A DNA stretch of 64,000 nt from Candidatus Sulfopaludibacter sp. SbA3 (lineage in GTDB: Bacteria > Acidobacteriota > Terriglobia > Bryobacterales > Bryobacteraceae). Numbering within the stretch: the first letter of the stretch is position 1; each line of letters opens with the position of its first letter. The translations under genes and the position numbers were made by a program. This document shows, in pieces, positions 47,547 to 56,937 of this stretch. The notes under the pieces were generated by a model that saw only the letters and a program-made list of their open reading frames with translations, had not been told where the DNA came from and searched no databases. Location: positions 3,359 to 67,358 of the forward strand of contig CAMDED010000018.1 of the NCBI GenBank assembly GCA_945893365.1. Reading direction: 5' to 3'.

Positions 47547-49293
47547 GCAAACGTTCAAGCAAAGTCATCGGAACCGCACCTTCCCGCAAGGCGCGCTCGT
47601 TAAACTCGGAAAGTCGATACTCCGCTCCGCGAAACCGCTTGTATTGCTCGCGAACGCGAATCCATTCGCGCCACCCGACCAGGTACATCGGCAACTGGCA
47701 CGAAGAGAGCTTGGCGCGCTGTAGTTTGGCCACAGCCTCTTCCTTTTCCTGAAAAGTGCGCCGCTGCATCAGGTCGAGCGCCTCGAAGTCCGTCATCTCT
47801 TTCGTATGCAGTCTGATGTCGAGAATGGCGTTCGCCAGCACCCGCAGTTCTTCCTTGAGGAAAGTCAGGCGCAGTTCCGGCGAATAGTCGAGAAAGCCTT
47901 CGTCGAGCATGATCTGTGTGGAGTACTGACCCCACCCTTCGATATAAGGTCCGTTGCCGAAAACCGAGCGCAGGACGCGGCGGGCTTTCGGCTGCAACTG
48001 ATTCGCGTACTCAAGCTGCACGTAGTGACCTGGCATGGCTTCATGAATCGTGAGCAGCTTCAGCTTGTAAAAGTTGTATTCGCGGAGCTTCGATTCGATC
48101 CGGGCCGAAGGCCAGTTTCCCGGAATCGGCGTGATCCAGTAGAATGCGCCCAACTGAGGCTCAAGCGCCGGGGCGGAGTTGAACCCTCCCACGGAATAGA
48201 TGCCCCGCATGAACTCCGGTGTGGGAATCACTTGGAGATTGTCGTTCGGCGGCAACGGGAGCAGCGCCTTCAGTTGCACAAATGTGCGGGCCTCGGCGAG
48301 ATCGGCCTTGGCTGCATCGAAATAAGTCTGCGGCGTTGCGTGGCGGGTTGCGATGGCGTCGAGCACTTCTTTGACGACCAGGTCATTGTGCGCCGGATGC
48401 CCGGGGTGCGCGGTCTTGTGGATCGGAAGGGACAGCTCCAGCATACGGGTCCGGACCGCTTCGAGATCGGTTTCGGCCTCTGCCAGCACCTTCTCGGGGC
48501 TGGAACTAGCGGAGAGCGCGAGCCGAAACTTCGCGGCGTAGTTGTCTTTTCCCAGACGCCACTCAGTCTCGCCGCGATCCTTCAGTTCCGTTTTGAGGAA
48601 CGTCTGAAAACCGCGAAGCGCCTTCAGCGCCGGCGCCGCCGCCCGGTCGTAGGACGGTTTGAGATCGGGCGGCATCTCCAGGGGCAATTTCTTTTCCACG
48701 AGATCCATGTTGCCTTCGTTCTCTTCGATCGCGACCTGAGTCCAGATTTCGGGCGATTGGGCGAGCGCATTCCTGGCTTGATCGAGGAACTTCGGTACCT
48801 TCTCGACGCGGGAAATGACGTGTTTCATGCGGTCCCGCTTGGGCGCATATTCGAGGACAAGCGGATTGAAGAGCGCATTCCCGAGCAGCTCGACGTAGAC
48901 GGCCGGGTTCTTACGGTAGCTCTGAAGAACTTCGAGCTCGAGAAGCGCGAGGTCGATCTGGCCGGTTAGAATGTCGAAATCGGCGCGATCTTCCGGACCG
49001 AGCGACTCCGGCCGCACTTGTTCGAGAAGCCGCTGACGAAACCCGAGGTAGAATTTGCGCTGAAGCTCGACGGACGCGAGGCTCACGTCGTCCAGCATCT
49101 CGTCGAGACTGGCTCCCTTGTGGTCGTGATAACCGGCCGCGGTTGCGGCGACCGGAGAAAGCGCCAGACTCGAGAAAATGAATTCCTCCGCCAGTGGCGC
49201 AAACGGCGCGGACGCGGCTTGCGGTTTCTCGCGTTGCCGGACACACGAGCAGAGAAAGACGGCTGCAATCGGAAGAACGTGCTTCAGACCCAT
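47509..49293 (-). CDS. DUF885-family lipoprotein
   Basis: Lipobox-like FLCSC near the N-terminus and DUF885-like blocks (HEAMPGHY, EGWGQY). Confidence 0.7.
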   Translation of the reverse strand: MGLKHVLPIAAVFLCSCVRQREKPQAASAPFAPLAEEFIFSSLALSPVAATAAGYHDHKGASLDEMLDDVSLASVELQRKFYLGFRQRLLEQVRPESLGPEDRADFDILTGQIDLALLELEVLQSYRKNPAVYVELLGNALFNPLVLEYAPKRDRMKHVISRVEKVPKFLDQARNALAQSPEIWTQVAIEENEGNMDLVEKKLPLEMPPDLKPSYDRAAAPALKALRGFQTFLKTELKDRGETEWRLGKDNYAAKFRLALSASSSPEKVLAEAETDLEAVRTRMLELSLPIHKTAHPGHPAHNDLVVKEVLDAIATRHATPQTYFDAAKADLAEARTFVQLKALLPLPPNDNLQVIPTPEFMRGIYSVGGFNSAPALEPQLGAFYWITPIPGNWPSARIESKLREYNFYKLKLLTIHEAMPGHYVQLEYANQLQPKARRVLRSVFGNGPYIEGWGQYSTQIMLDEGFLDYSPELRLTFLKEELRVLANAILDIRLHTKEMTDFEALDLMQRRTFQEKEEAVAKLQRAKLSSCQLPMYLVGWREWIRVREQYKRFRGAEYRLSEFNERALREGAVPMTLLERLLTGKTPDETRAK

Positions 49294-49368
49294 CTAGCAG
49301 ATTCTACAGCAGCCGGCGGCCGCGTGCTGGGCTATGGGCCCCGGGGTGCACCCAAGGTGTGGAGGTGG

Positions 49369-49396
49369 GGCAGGCGATCGTGGTTTGTCGCCTGCC
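49369..49396. repeat. Stem-loop GGCAGGCGA-tcgtggtttg-TCGCCTGCC (family shared with 18449-18520)
   Basis: A 9-bp perfect stem with a 10-nt loop. GGCAGGCGATCGT is identical to the reverse complement of 18508-18520. It lies 76 nt upstream of the DUF885 start codon. Confidence 0.7.
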
Positions 49397-49734
49397 TTTC
49401 GCGATGCGCCCATGCCAGGCCGCCATGTAAGCCCGCGCATGTCTGCAAGCACGGCGCTCCGAGCGTCGTTCGCCTGCGTGGGTATCCCAATAAATTACCT
49501 GTGTCCGCCAATAAAAATGTAGAAAATAATACGCTTCTGCTGTACAACAAAACTGAGGGATTGTGTTCCCGCATGGAAGGACTGTGGGAAAACTGCGGGA
49601 GCTTTTCATGCCGGTCATGCTGCTATCTTGTTTTCAACAGTTTGAAGAAGGCGCGAAGAGCGGGCGTCAGCGCCTCGTTATTAAGAGGCTAAGCGCATCA
49701 AAACAGTGGATCGATTTTCCCGGAGGAAAAGCTC

Positions 49735-51129
49735 ATGGCGAGTAGTAACTTGGAACGGTCCATGTCGCCGTCTACTGGAATCGCAATCGAGCGGGGCTTG
49801 CCCTCGAATCTGGATGCCGAGCGTTTCGTCCTGGGCACCATTCTCGTCGACGAAACGCAGTACATCCAAACCGCGGGCACGCTCGATGCCGACGATTTCA
49901 GCCTGGAAGCGCACAGGCGCATCTTCCTGCGCATGGGCGAGCTGCACGTCCGGAACGAACGAATCGACCGCGTCACTCTCGCCAACGAGCTGATGCGTCA
50001 CAGCCAGCTTGAATCGGTTGGCGGACTAAGCTATCTGGTCTCGCTCGACGACGGCCTGCCGCAGATCTTCAATCTCGAAAGCTACGTTCGGATCGTCAAA
50101 GATAAGTCCACGCTTCGCCGCATTATTCTGACCGCCCAACACTTGATGAGCCGGGCCATGGCGGGTGAAGAGGAACCGGATCAGATTCTGGCGGGCGCGG
50201 AAGAGTCCTTGCTCAAATTGGGCGAGGCGCGGGCGAAGACGGGTCTGGCGAGCCCGGCGCGGGTCATCGAGGAATATCAGGGCGGCCTGAACGCATTCCT
50301 CGATCCGAGCAAGCGCGTCAAGGGTATCAGCACCGGCTTTTACAAGCTGGACGAGATGACCGGCGGGCTGCATCCGGGCGAGTTGATTATCCTGGCGGCG
50401 CGGCCCTCCATGGGAAAAACGGCGCTCGCGCTGAACATCGCGCAGCACGTGGCCGCGAAACTGGCGCAGACCGTGGCCGTGTTCTCGCTCGAAATGTCGA
50501 AAGAGTCGCTGCTGACCCGCATGCTGTGCTCGACGGCGCGGGTGGACAGCCAGCGCTTCCGCGCGGGATACCTGACCGGCGAGGAACGGCGGCGGTTGCA
50601 AGCGGCCGCCGCGGAGCTGGTGGAAGCTCCCCTGTTTATCGACGATACGGCCGGAGCGAACCTGATGGACATGCACGCCCAGCTGCGGCGGTTGAAGGCC
50701 GAGCGGCAACTGGGCCTGGTGATAGTGGACTACCTGCAACTGATGAGCGGCCGCGGCCGTTTTGAGAACCGCAACCAGGAAATCAGTTCCATCTCGCGCG
50801 GAATGAAACTGCTCGCGAAGGAGCTAAACGTTCCCATGCTGGTTCTTTCCCAGTTGAGCCGCGCCCCGGAGACGCGCGTGGGCGATCATCGTCCACAGTT
50901 GAGCGACTTGCGCGAATCGGGCAGTATCGAGCAGGACGCCGACCTGGTCGGATTCATTTTCCGCGAGGAAGTGTACAAGCGCGATCGCGAGGATTTGCGC
51001 GGTCTCGCCGAGTTGCTGCTTGCAAAGCAGCGCAACGGCCCTGTTGGAAAGGTGGACCTCGTGTTCATGCACAGTCTCACGAAGTTCGAGAACCGGGTGG
51101 AAGACTTGGGCGAGGCTCCGCCGGAATAG
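49735..51129 (+). CDS. dnaB: Replicative DNA helicase
   Basis: GGAGG SD, DnaB N-terminal domain, Walker A GARPSMGKTA, DYLQLM, SQLSR. No intein insertion. Confidence 0.95.
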   Translation: MASSNLERSMSPSTGIAIERGLPSNLDAERFVLGTILVDETQYIQTAGTLDADDFSLEAHRRIFLRMGELHVRNERIDRVTLANELMRHSQLESVGGLSYLVSLDDGLPQIFNLESYVRIVKDKSTLRRIILTAQHLMSRAMAGEEEPDQILAGAEESLLKLGEARAKTGLASPARVIEEYQGGLNAFLDPSKRVKGISTGFYKLDEMTGGLHPGELIILAARPSMGKTALALNIAQHVAAKLAQTVAVFSLEMSKESLLTRMLCSTARVDSQRFRAGYLTGEERRRLQAAAAELVEAPLFIDDTAGANLMDMHAQLRRLKAERQLGLVIVDYLQLMSGRGRFENRNQEISSISRGMKLLAKELNVPMLVLSQLSRAPETRVGDHRPQLSDLRESGSIEQDADLVGFIFREEVYKRDREDLRGLAELLLAKQRNGPVGKVDLVFMHSLTKFENRVEDLGEAPPE

Positions 51130-51540
51130 CTAGATGGGGCAGGCGGAGCGCCGGGATAGACCGGCATGCAATAAGGAATGAATGAGTCCGGCAGGAAAGA
51201 AGGAGCGAATCCAGCTGACCCCGAGTCTTGCGGTGCGCATCGTGAGGTGCGGTGCGAAGCGTAGATAGGGAGCCACGGGCAGGGTATAGAGCTTCGAAAA
51301 CCACGGACTGACGTCGCCGGCCGTGTCGCCTGAAGGGGAAGGCGACACGCTGTCACGGCGCTACATCGCGAGCCGGGCGGCGGACCCACGTGGACTGAGA
51401 CCCCTGGCACGCCGCGAAATTGCATGCACGAGAACGTGGAGACCTCATTGCCGACCAAGCGCAGCAGGGGCAGTCCGGCCGGAGAGGGCGAAAGCCGCAC
51501 TTCCGGCACGTGCGGCGGTGAGGAGTCGGATCGCGCTGTA

Positions 51541-51750
51541 GTGTGCGCTTAGCGGCGCGTCGATCGGGAGGGTTAAAGTCCCTCGGGCGCTCGGATGAGG
51601 AGCCCCATATCCGAACGCGGGGGGTAATGCCTCGCGGGCCGGTCAAGGTGGAAGGTATGGAGAAGTCTAAACGGGCACGAACGCGAAAGCCGGAGACAAG
51701 CCAAGGCGGACCTGAAGCCACCTGCTGTCCGAATGTTATACTCTTCTACC
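51541..51750 (+). ncRNA. Candidate structured RNA: group II intron domain-I-like 5' fragment or unclassified cis-regulatory leader
   Basis: The segment starts GTGTGCG. A GAGGG-TTAAAGT-CCCTC hairpin lies at 51568-51584, and a GCGcTCGGAT/ATCCGAaCGC helix at 51587-51618. AGGTGG (51646-51651) can pair with CCACCT (51718-51723). No credible ORF is present. See findings. Confidence 0.3.
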
Positions 51751-51764
51751 AAAGAGGAGTTTTC

Positions 51765-54700
51765 ATGCGGCAAACATGGCTGATCGTTTTGGTAACGCTT
51801 TTTCTCTCCGCCGTCCCGGCTTTTTCGCAGGGTGGCGAATCCACGGAAATCCTCGGTGTTGTGCAGGATTCCACGGGCGCTCTAATTCCAGGCGTTGAAA
51901 TCACCGCCACGCACATCGCCACCAATCAGGTGCGCAAACTGACCACCGGCGATTCCGGTACGTACGTGTTCAGCGCCATGCAGCCCGGTGAATATCACGT
52001 GCGCGCCGAGAAGCAAGGCTTCCGCACCGAGGTGCGTACCGGCCTTCTGGTGCAGATCAACCAGAAAGCGAGGGTCAATATCAGCTTGCAGGTCGGCGCA
52101 GTCAGTGAATCCGTCGAGGTCACAGCCAGCGGTCAGCAACTGGCCACCGATGACGCCACGCTCGGCAACGTAGTCGAACAGAAGCGTATCGTGGACCTTC
52201 CGCTGAACGGGCGCAATTTCGCCAATCTCGCGGGGCTGATGCCCGGCGTGATCAAGGGTATCTCGAGCAACACGAATCAATACGGCCGCCGCGATTCCGC
52301 GATCGCCATCAGCGCCAATGGCTCACGCGAGAACCAGGGCCAGGTGCGCTACGACGGCGTTTACACGGCCTGGAACATCAACAACGCCACGTTTTTCAAA
52401 GCGTCCATCGAGGCTATTCAGGAGTTCAAGGTCCACTCGGCCACATACTCCGCCGAGTTCGGCCACAACGCCGGCGCGCAAGTGGAAATCCACACGCGGC
52501 CCGGAACCAACGCCTTGCACGGCGCGCTCTTCGAGTTCCTCCGCAACGACAATATCGACGCGCGAAACTATTTCCGCCCGCGACCGCTCAGCAAGGATAT
52601 TCTCCAGCGCAACCAGTTCGGCTTCGTACTCTCCGGGCCCGTGTTCATCCCGAAGGTCTATAACGGCCGCGACCGCACCTTCTGGATGGTGAACTACGAG
52701 GGTCAGCGTGAAAAACAGGAGGTTGCGCAACGGGCCTCGGTGATCCCGGTCCCGTTCCGAAGCGGCGATTTCTCGCTCCTCACCGCGCCCCTTCGCGATC
52801 CGCTGGGCGGCGTCTTCCCCAGGAATATCATTCCCACAAGCCGCATGGATCCGGTGGCGCGATATTACCTTGACTTTCATCCGCCTCCCACGGAACCGGG
52901 CACGGGCGCCAACCTTGCGGGCGTCGAGACCCAGCTCAATAACACCAACCAGGTGTTTGCCCGCGGCGATCACAACATTGGGGCGAATGACCGCTTGTTC
53001 GCGCGCGTGGCCATCTTCAACTACGAATTTCCCACCATCGAGTTGAACTATTTCGTGCCTCTCCAAAGCCGCATCACCGCGCGCAACGCCGTTCTGAGCC
53101 ACACGCACCTCTTCAGCCCAACGGTCTTGAACGAACTGAAATTGGGCTTCAATCGCAACTGGATCCTGCGCAGCGGATTACGCACCAACACGAATTTCGA
53201 TCCCGAAACCGCCGGCATCGCCGGAGTCCGTAGCGTCGATCCGGAAACGCGTCAGCCGCGCCGCCTGAGCCCCTTCGAGACCGGCCTGGTTCCCATGAAC
53301 GTTTCCGGATATCTCACCATGGGCGATGGTGGCCTCATTCCGGATTTCAACGTCAGCGAGACGTGGCAGCTGGTGGACAACTTCATCGTGACGCGAGGCG
53401 TGCACACCATCAAGACCGGCATTGACTTCAAGCGCCTGAGAATGGATCGCGCAGGCTCCAACAACGCCCGCGGCCAGTTTCAGTTCAACAGCCAAGTAAC
53501 CGGCCACGCCGCCGCTGATTTCTTCATCGGATTCCCCTCGCTTTCCCAAACGCCCGATGGAATCCTGCCTGTCGAATACAACCAGCAAACTTACTCCTTC
53601 TATATACAGGATGAATGGAAGGCGACGCCGAAACTTACTCTGAATCTGGGCATGCGCTACGACTTCGTCGGGACCACGGACGAGGAGAACGGCACGCCTC
53701 GCACGCTTCGTCTCGATCGCCCGGGCGGTTATCTGTTCCCCGAGGATCCGGTGAGCAAGGTCCGCACCAAGCTTTACCGGGCGGAGAAAAACCGCTTTTG
53801 GCCGCGTATCGGCATCGCTTACCGCCCCGCGGATAAGTGGGTCGTGCGTACGGGCTTCGGCGTCTATAACAACGCCAACCAGATGAATAACCTGACGGTC
53901 GTCGGCAATCCTTTCAAGACTTTCCAAGTCCAATTCGTCGCCGATCCAGCCGACCCCCTGGCTTTGACGCTGCGTAATCCGTATCCCTTTGGACGCGAAT
54001 CGGCGGCGCCGCCTCTTAGCGTGGTGCTGGTTCCTACCGATCGGGTGAATGCCTACAACGTGCAATGGTCGGCGTCCATTCAGCGGCAAATCACCTCGGA
54101 TACGTTGGTCGAACTCGCCTACGTCGGCAGCCAGGCTTCGCATCTCGACAATAGCCGCAATTACAACGACGCGCCCGCGGCTCCCGGCAATGTTCAGGCC
54201 CGCCGCCGTTACCCCCTTTGGGGCGGCATCCGCTATATCGGCACGGACGGAAAAGGCGTATTTTCAGAGCATGCAGGTGCGCGGCGAACGGCGCTTTTCG
54301 AAAGGTTTTTCGTTCCTCGCTTCTTACACCTGGGCTCATAACATCGATCAGGCCTACGGCACGAATGAGTCGCTGCCGTTCTCGACCAATGGGGCGCAGA
54401 ATATGGATTGCTGGGCTTGTGAGCGCTCGGATTCCGGTTTCGATTACCGGCATTTCCTGACGACCAGCTTCCTGTGGGCCAGCCCCGCACCCACGCAATG
54501 GCGCGGTGTACAGGGATTTCTGTTGAAGAACTGGTCATTCAACGGGATTGTGACTTATCAATCCGGATTCCCGTACACCATCACGCAGCAGGGCAACCGG
54601 CAGAATACGGGCGGCGCGCCGCAGCGGCCCGATTACGTGCCGGGCCAGAATCCCACGCTATCAAATCCCTCTCCCGATCTTTGGTTTAATCCGGCCGCTT

Positions 54701-54966
54701 TCAAGTTCACCGATTTCAAGTTCGGAGACGTGGGCCGCAACACACTGCGCCAACCCGCAATGAAGACCTGGGACGTCGGGCTGTTCAAAGAGTTCCCGGT
54801 GAAGGAAGGCCATCGCTTCCAGTTCCGCTTTGAGGGGTTCAATCTCTTTAACACGCCGCAGTTCCGCGCTCCGAATGCGACGCTGGGCGCGCCCGCGTTC
54901 GGCGTGATTACGGCCACCTGGCTTGACAACCGCCAGATGCAGGTGGCGCTCAAGTACCTGTTCTAG
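51765..54966 (+). pseudogene. TonB-dependent receptor (CarboxypepD_reg type) interrupted by a single-base frameshift near 54249-54256
   Basis: AAAGAGGAG SD plus ATG 51765 and a signal peptide. The frame-0 ORF ends at 54341, while the homologous continuation (AYFQSMQVRGERRFSKGFSFLASYTWAHN ... ALKYLF) is in the +1 frame from about 54253. The intact paralogue at 29743 is collinear across the junction. Confidence 0.8.
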
Positions 54967-54975
54967 GAGACTGTC

Positions 54976-56217
54976 ATGATCGCAAAAATCGTCCTCCCTT
55001 TCGCTCTGGTGTTCGGCCTGCATGCCCAGACTTACGACTTGCTCCTGAAAGGCGGCCACGTCATTGACCCGAAGAACAAAGTCAATGGGGTGATGGATGT
55101 GGCGGTTGCCGCCGGAAAAATTGCACGCGTGGCGGCGAATATTCCGCCTTCGCAAGCGAAGCGGGTAGCGGATGTTAGCGGCCTGTTTGTAACTCCCGGG
55201 TTGATTGACATACATGTCCATGTCTTTCCGCGGGCCGGGATGCCGGGACTCGAACGCGACTCAAGCGTCCAGCCGGATGCCTTCTCCTTCCGAAGCGGCG
55301 TCACCACCATGGTCGACGCCGGCACCACGGGCGTGAAGACTTTCCCTGCTTTTCGCGATCAGGTCATCAACAAATCCCAGACGCGCGTGCTCGCTCTATT
55401 GAATATTGCCGCGGCAGGCATGGGCACGGGCCAGGAAGACGATATCGCCCTGCTTGACGCCGATGCCGCCGCAAAGATGGCCGCCGCTCACAAGGGCGTA
55501 ATTGTCGGGTTCAAGTCGGCGCACTACGGCGGGCCCGGCTGGGAGTCTGTCGAAAAGGCCGTCGCGGCGGGTAAGATTACGGATCTCCCCGTCATGATCG
55601 ATTTCGGCTATCTGAATAAGGTTCGGAACCTCTCCACGCTGTTGCTCGATAAGTTGCGGCCGGGCGACATTTATACGCACTGTTACTCCGGCCACCGCGA
55701 AGAGGTTCTGGCCGATGGCAAAGTAAATCCGTCGATCGCCGCGGCGCGCAAACGCGGCATCATCTTCGATGTCGGTCACGGCGCGGGGAGTTTCTACTGG
55801 TACGTCGCGACGCCGGCCTTCCAGCAGGGCTTTATCCCGGATTCCATCTCGACCGATCTCCATTCCGGCAGCATGAACGCCGGAATGAAAGACATGGCCA
55901 ACGTGATGGCGAAGATCCTCAACCTCGGTTCTCCGCTCGATCGGGTAATCGCCATGTCCACCTGGAATCCGGCGAAGGAAATTAAACGAACCGACCTCGG
56001 CCATCTCGACGTCGGCGCGGAAGCGGATGTCGCGGTCCTCCGTGTCGACAAGGGCAAGTTCGGCTTCATCGATTCGGCCGGGGCGGGGAACACCGGCACG
56101 CAAAACATCGTGTGCGAGTTGACGTTGCGCAAGGGCAAGGCCGTCTGGGATTTGAACGCGCGCGCGGCGGAGAACTGGAAGTCGTTTGCTTATAAGAAAG
56201 CGGCGTGGGCCAAGTGA
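54976..56217 (+). CDS. Secreted amidohydrolase-superfamily metallohydrolase (deacetylase/dihydroorotase-like)
   Basis: Signal peptide, PGLIDIHVHV (HxH) metal motif, and downstream H and D ligand blocks. Confidence 0.8.
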   Translation: MIAKIVLPFALVFGLHAQTYDLLLKGGHVIDPKNKVNGVMDVAVAAGKIARVAANIPPSQAKRVADVSGLFVTPGLIDIHVHVFPRAGMPGLERDSSVQPDAFSFRSGVTTMVDAGTTGVKTFPAFRDQVINKSQTRVLALLNIAAAGMGTGQEDDIALLDADAAAKMAAAHKGVIVGFKSAHYGGPGWESVEKAVAAGKITDLPVMIDFGYLNKVRNLSTLLLDKLRPGDIYTHCYSGHREEVLADGKVNPSIAAARKRGIIFDVGHGAGSFYWYVATPAFQQGFIPDSISTDLHSGSMNAGMKDMANVMAKILNLGSPLDRVIAMSTWNPAKEIKRTDLGHLDVGAEADVAVLRVDKGKFGFIDSAGAGNTGTQNIVCELTLRKGKAVWDLNARAAENWKSFAYKKAAWAK

Positions 56218-56892
56218 GACGCCTCCAACGGCGGCTTTGTCTCGCGCTGCTTCTATGCCTCTATTGCGCCGGGGCGTCGGCGCAGAGCGCCTCCGAATCC
56301 AAGGATTCGCCCGAACGCTTTGCGTCTTCGATAACGGCATTCCTCGATCTGGACAAGACGAGTCCCTACGCGGGAGGCCATCCTGTTCACCGGCAGCAGC
56401 ATCTTCCGCCAGTGGAAACATCTCGGCGAACACATGTCGCCCCTGCCGGTGTTCAACCGGGCGTTTGGCGGCTCCCGGACAGGCGACATTCTCTACTACA
56501 TGGACAAAGTCGTACTGCCCTACGCGCCGAAGATCATCGTGTATTACTGCGGCAGCAACGATGTGAATGCGGGTGCAACCGCGGAGGAGATTGCCGGGAG
56601 ATTCCGGCAATTCGTCGAGCGGGTGAAGGCGAAATTGCCGGAAACGCGCGTGTTTTTCGTCTCCATCAATCGTGCGCCGCAAAAGCGGAATCGGTGGGAC
56701 GTGGTGGACGCCGCCAACACCCAGGTGCGCGAGTTCTGCGCGCGGGACCGCCGGCTGGGCTACATCGACGTGAATCCGGCGCTTTTCGACAAAGCGGGAA
56801 ATCCGCGAACGGACTTGTACGTGCCGGACGGTTTACACTTCCTCGATCCGGCGTATGTCGAATTCACGAGGATCATCCGGCCCGTGATCTAG
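56214..56892 (+). pseudogene. SGNH/GDSL-family hydrolase interrupted by a single-base frameshift near 56372-56377
   Basis: The signal peptide (RRLQRRLCLALLLCLYCAGASA) and first ~55 codons are in one frame. SGNH blocks I to V (ILFTGSSI, FGGS, YYCGSNDV, DGLHF) continue in the +1 frame. The GTG start overlaps the upstream stop (GTGA). Confidence 0.7.
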
Positions 56893-56937
56893 AAAGCCTG
56901 GGGTGAGAAAGCCAAGAGTGAGCGTTAGCGCCCGCCC

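Noticed and set aside
49294-49734. Replication origin (oriC) next to dnaB
   Set aside because: An AT-rich block is present, but I found no cluster of DnaA boxes (TTATCCACA/TGTGGATAA). The best match, AGTGGATCG, fits at only 6 of 9 positions. dnaA and dnaN are not in the window.
51130-51540. RNase P RNA, tmRNA, SRP RNA, 6S, TPP/ZTP/glycine riboswitch
   Set aside because: I looked on both strands for GAGGAAAGUCCGGGC, ACAGAACCCGGCUUA, tmRNA GGGG...UCCACCA ends, the SRP GGAA-tetraloop helix, and the CUGAGA...ACCUGA and CCGCCUGGGCA cores. I found only short chance-level resemblances.
51560-51705. Cobalamin riboswitch upstream of a TonB-dependent receptor
   Set aside because: The context is tempting, and there are B12-box-like (AAGCCGGAGACAAGCC) and GGTTAAAGTCC elements. 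However, the invariant CCCGCCACUGU core and the GCCACUG...GGGAAGG segment are absent or out of order. It is retained only as an alternative hypothesis to be tested with RF00174.
51543-51764. N-terminal extension of the TonB-receptor ORF (ORF track starts at 51543)
   Set aside because: The extension is Arg/Gly/Pro-rich with no receptor homology. A strong SD (AAAGAGGAG) and a canonical signal peptide begin at ATG 51765, so the region is better explained as structured non-coding leader.
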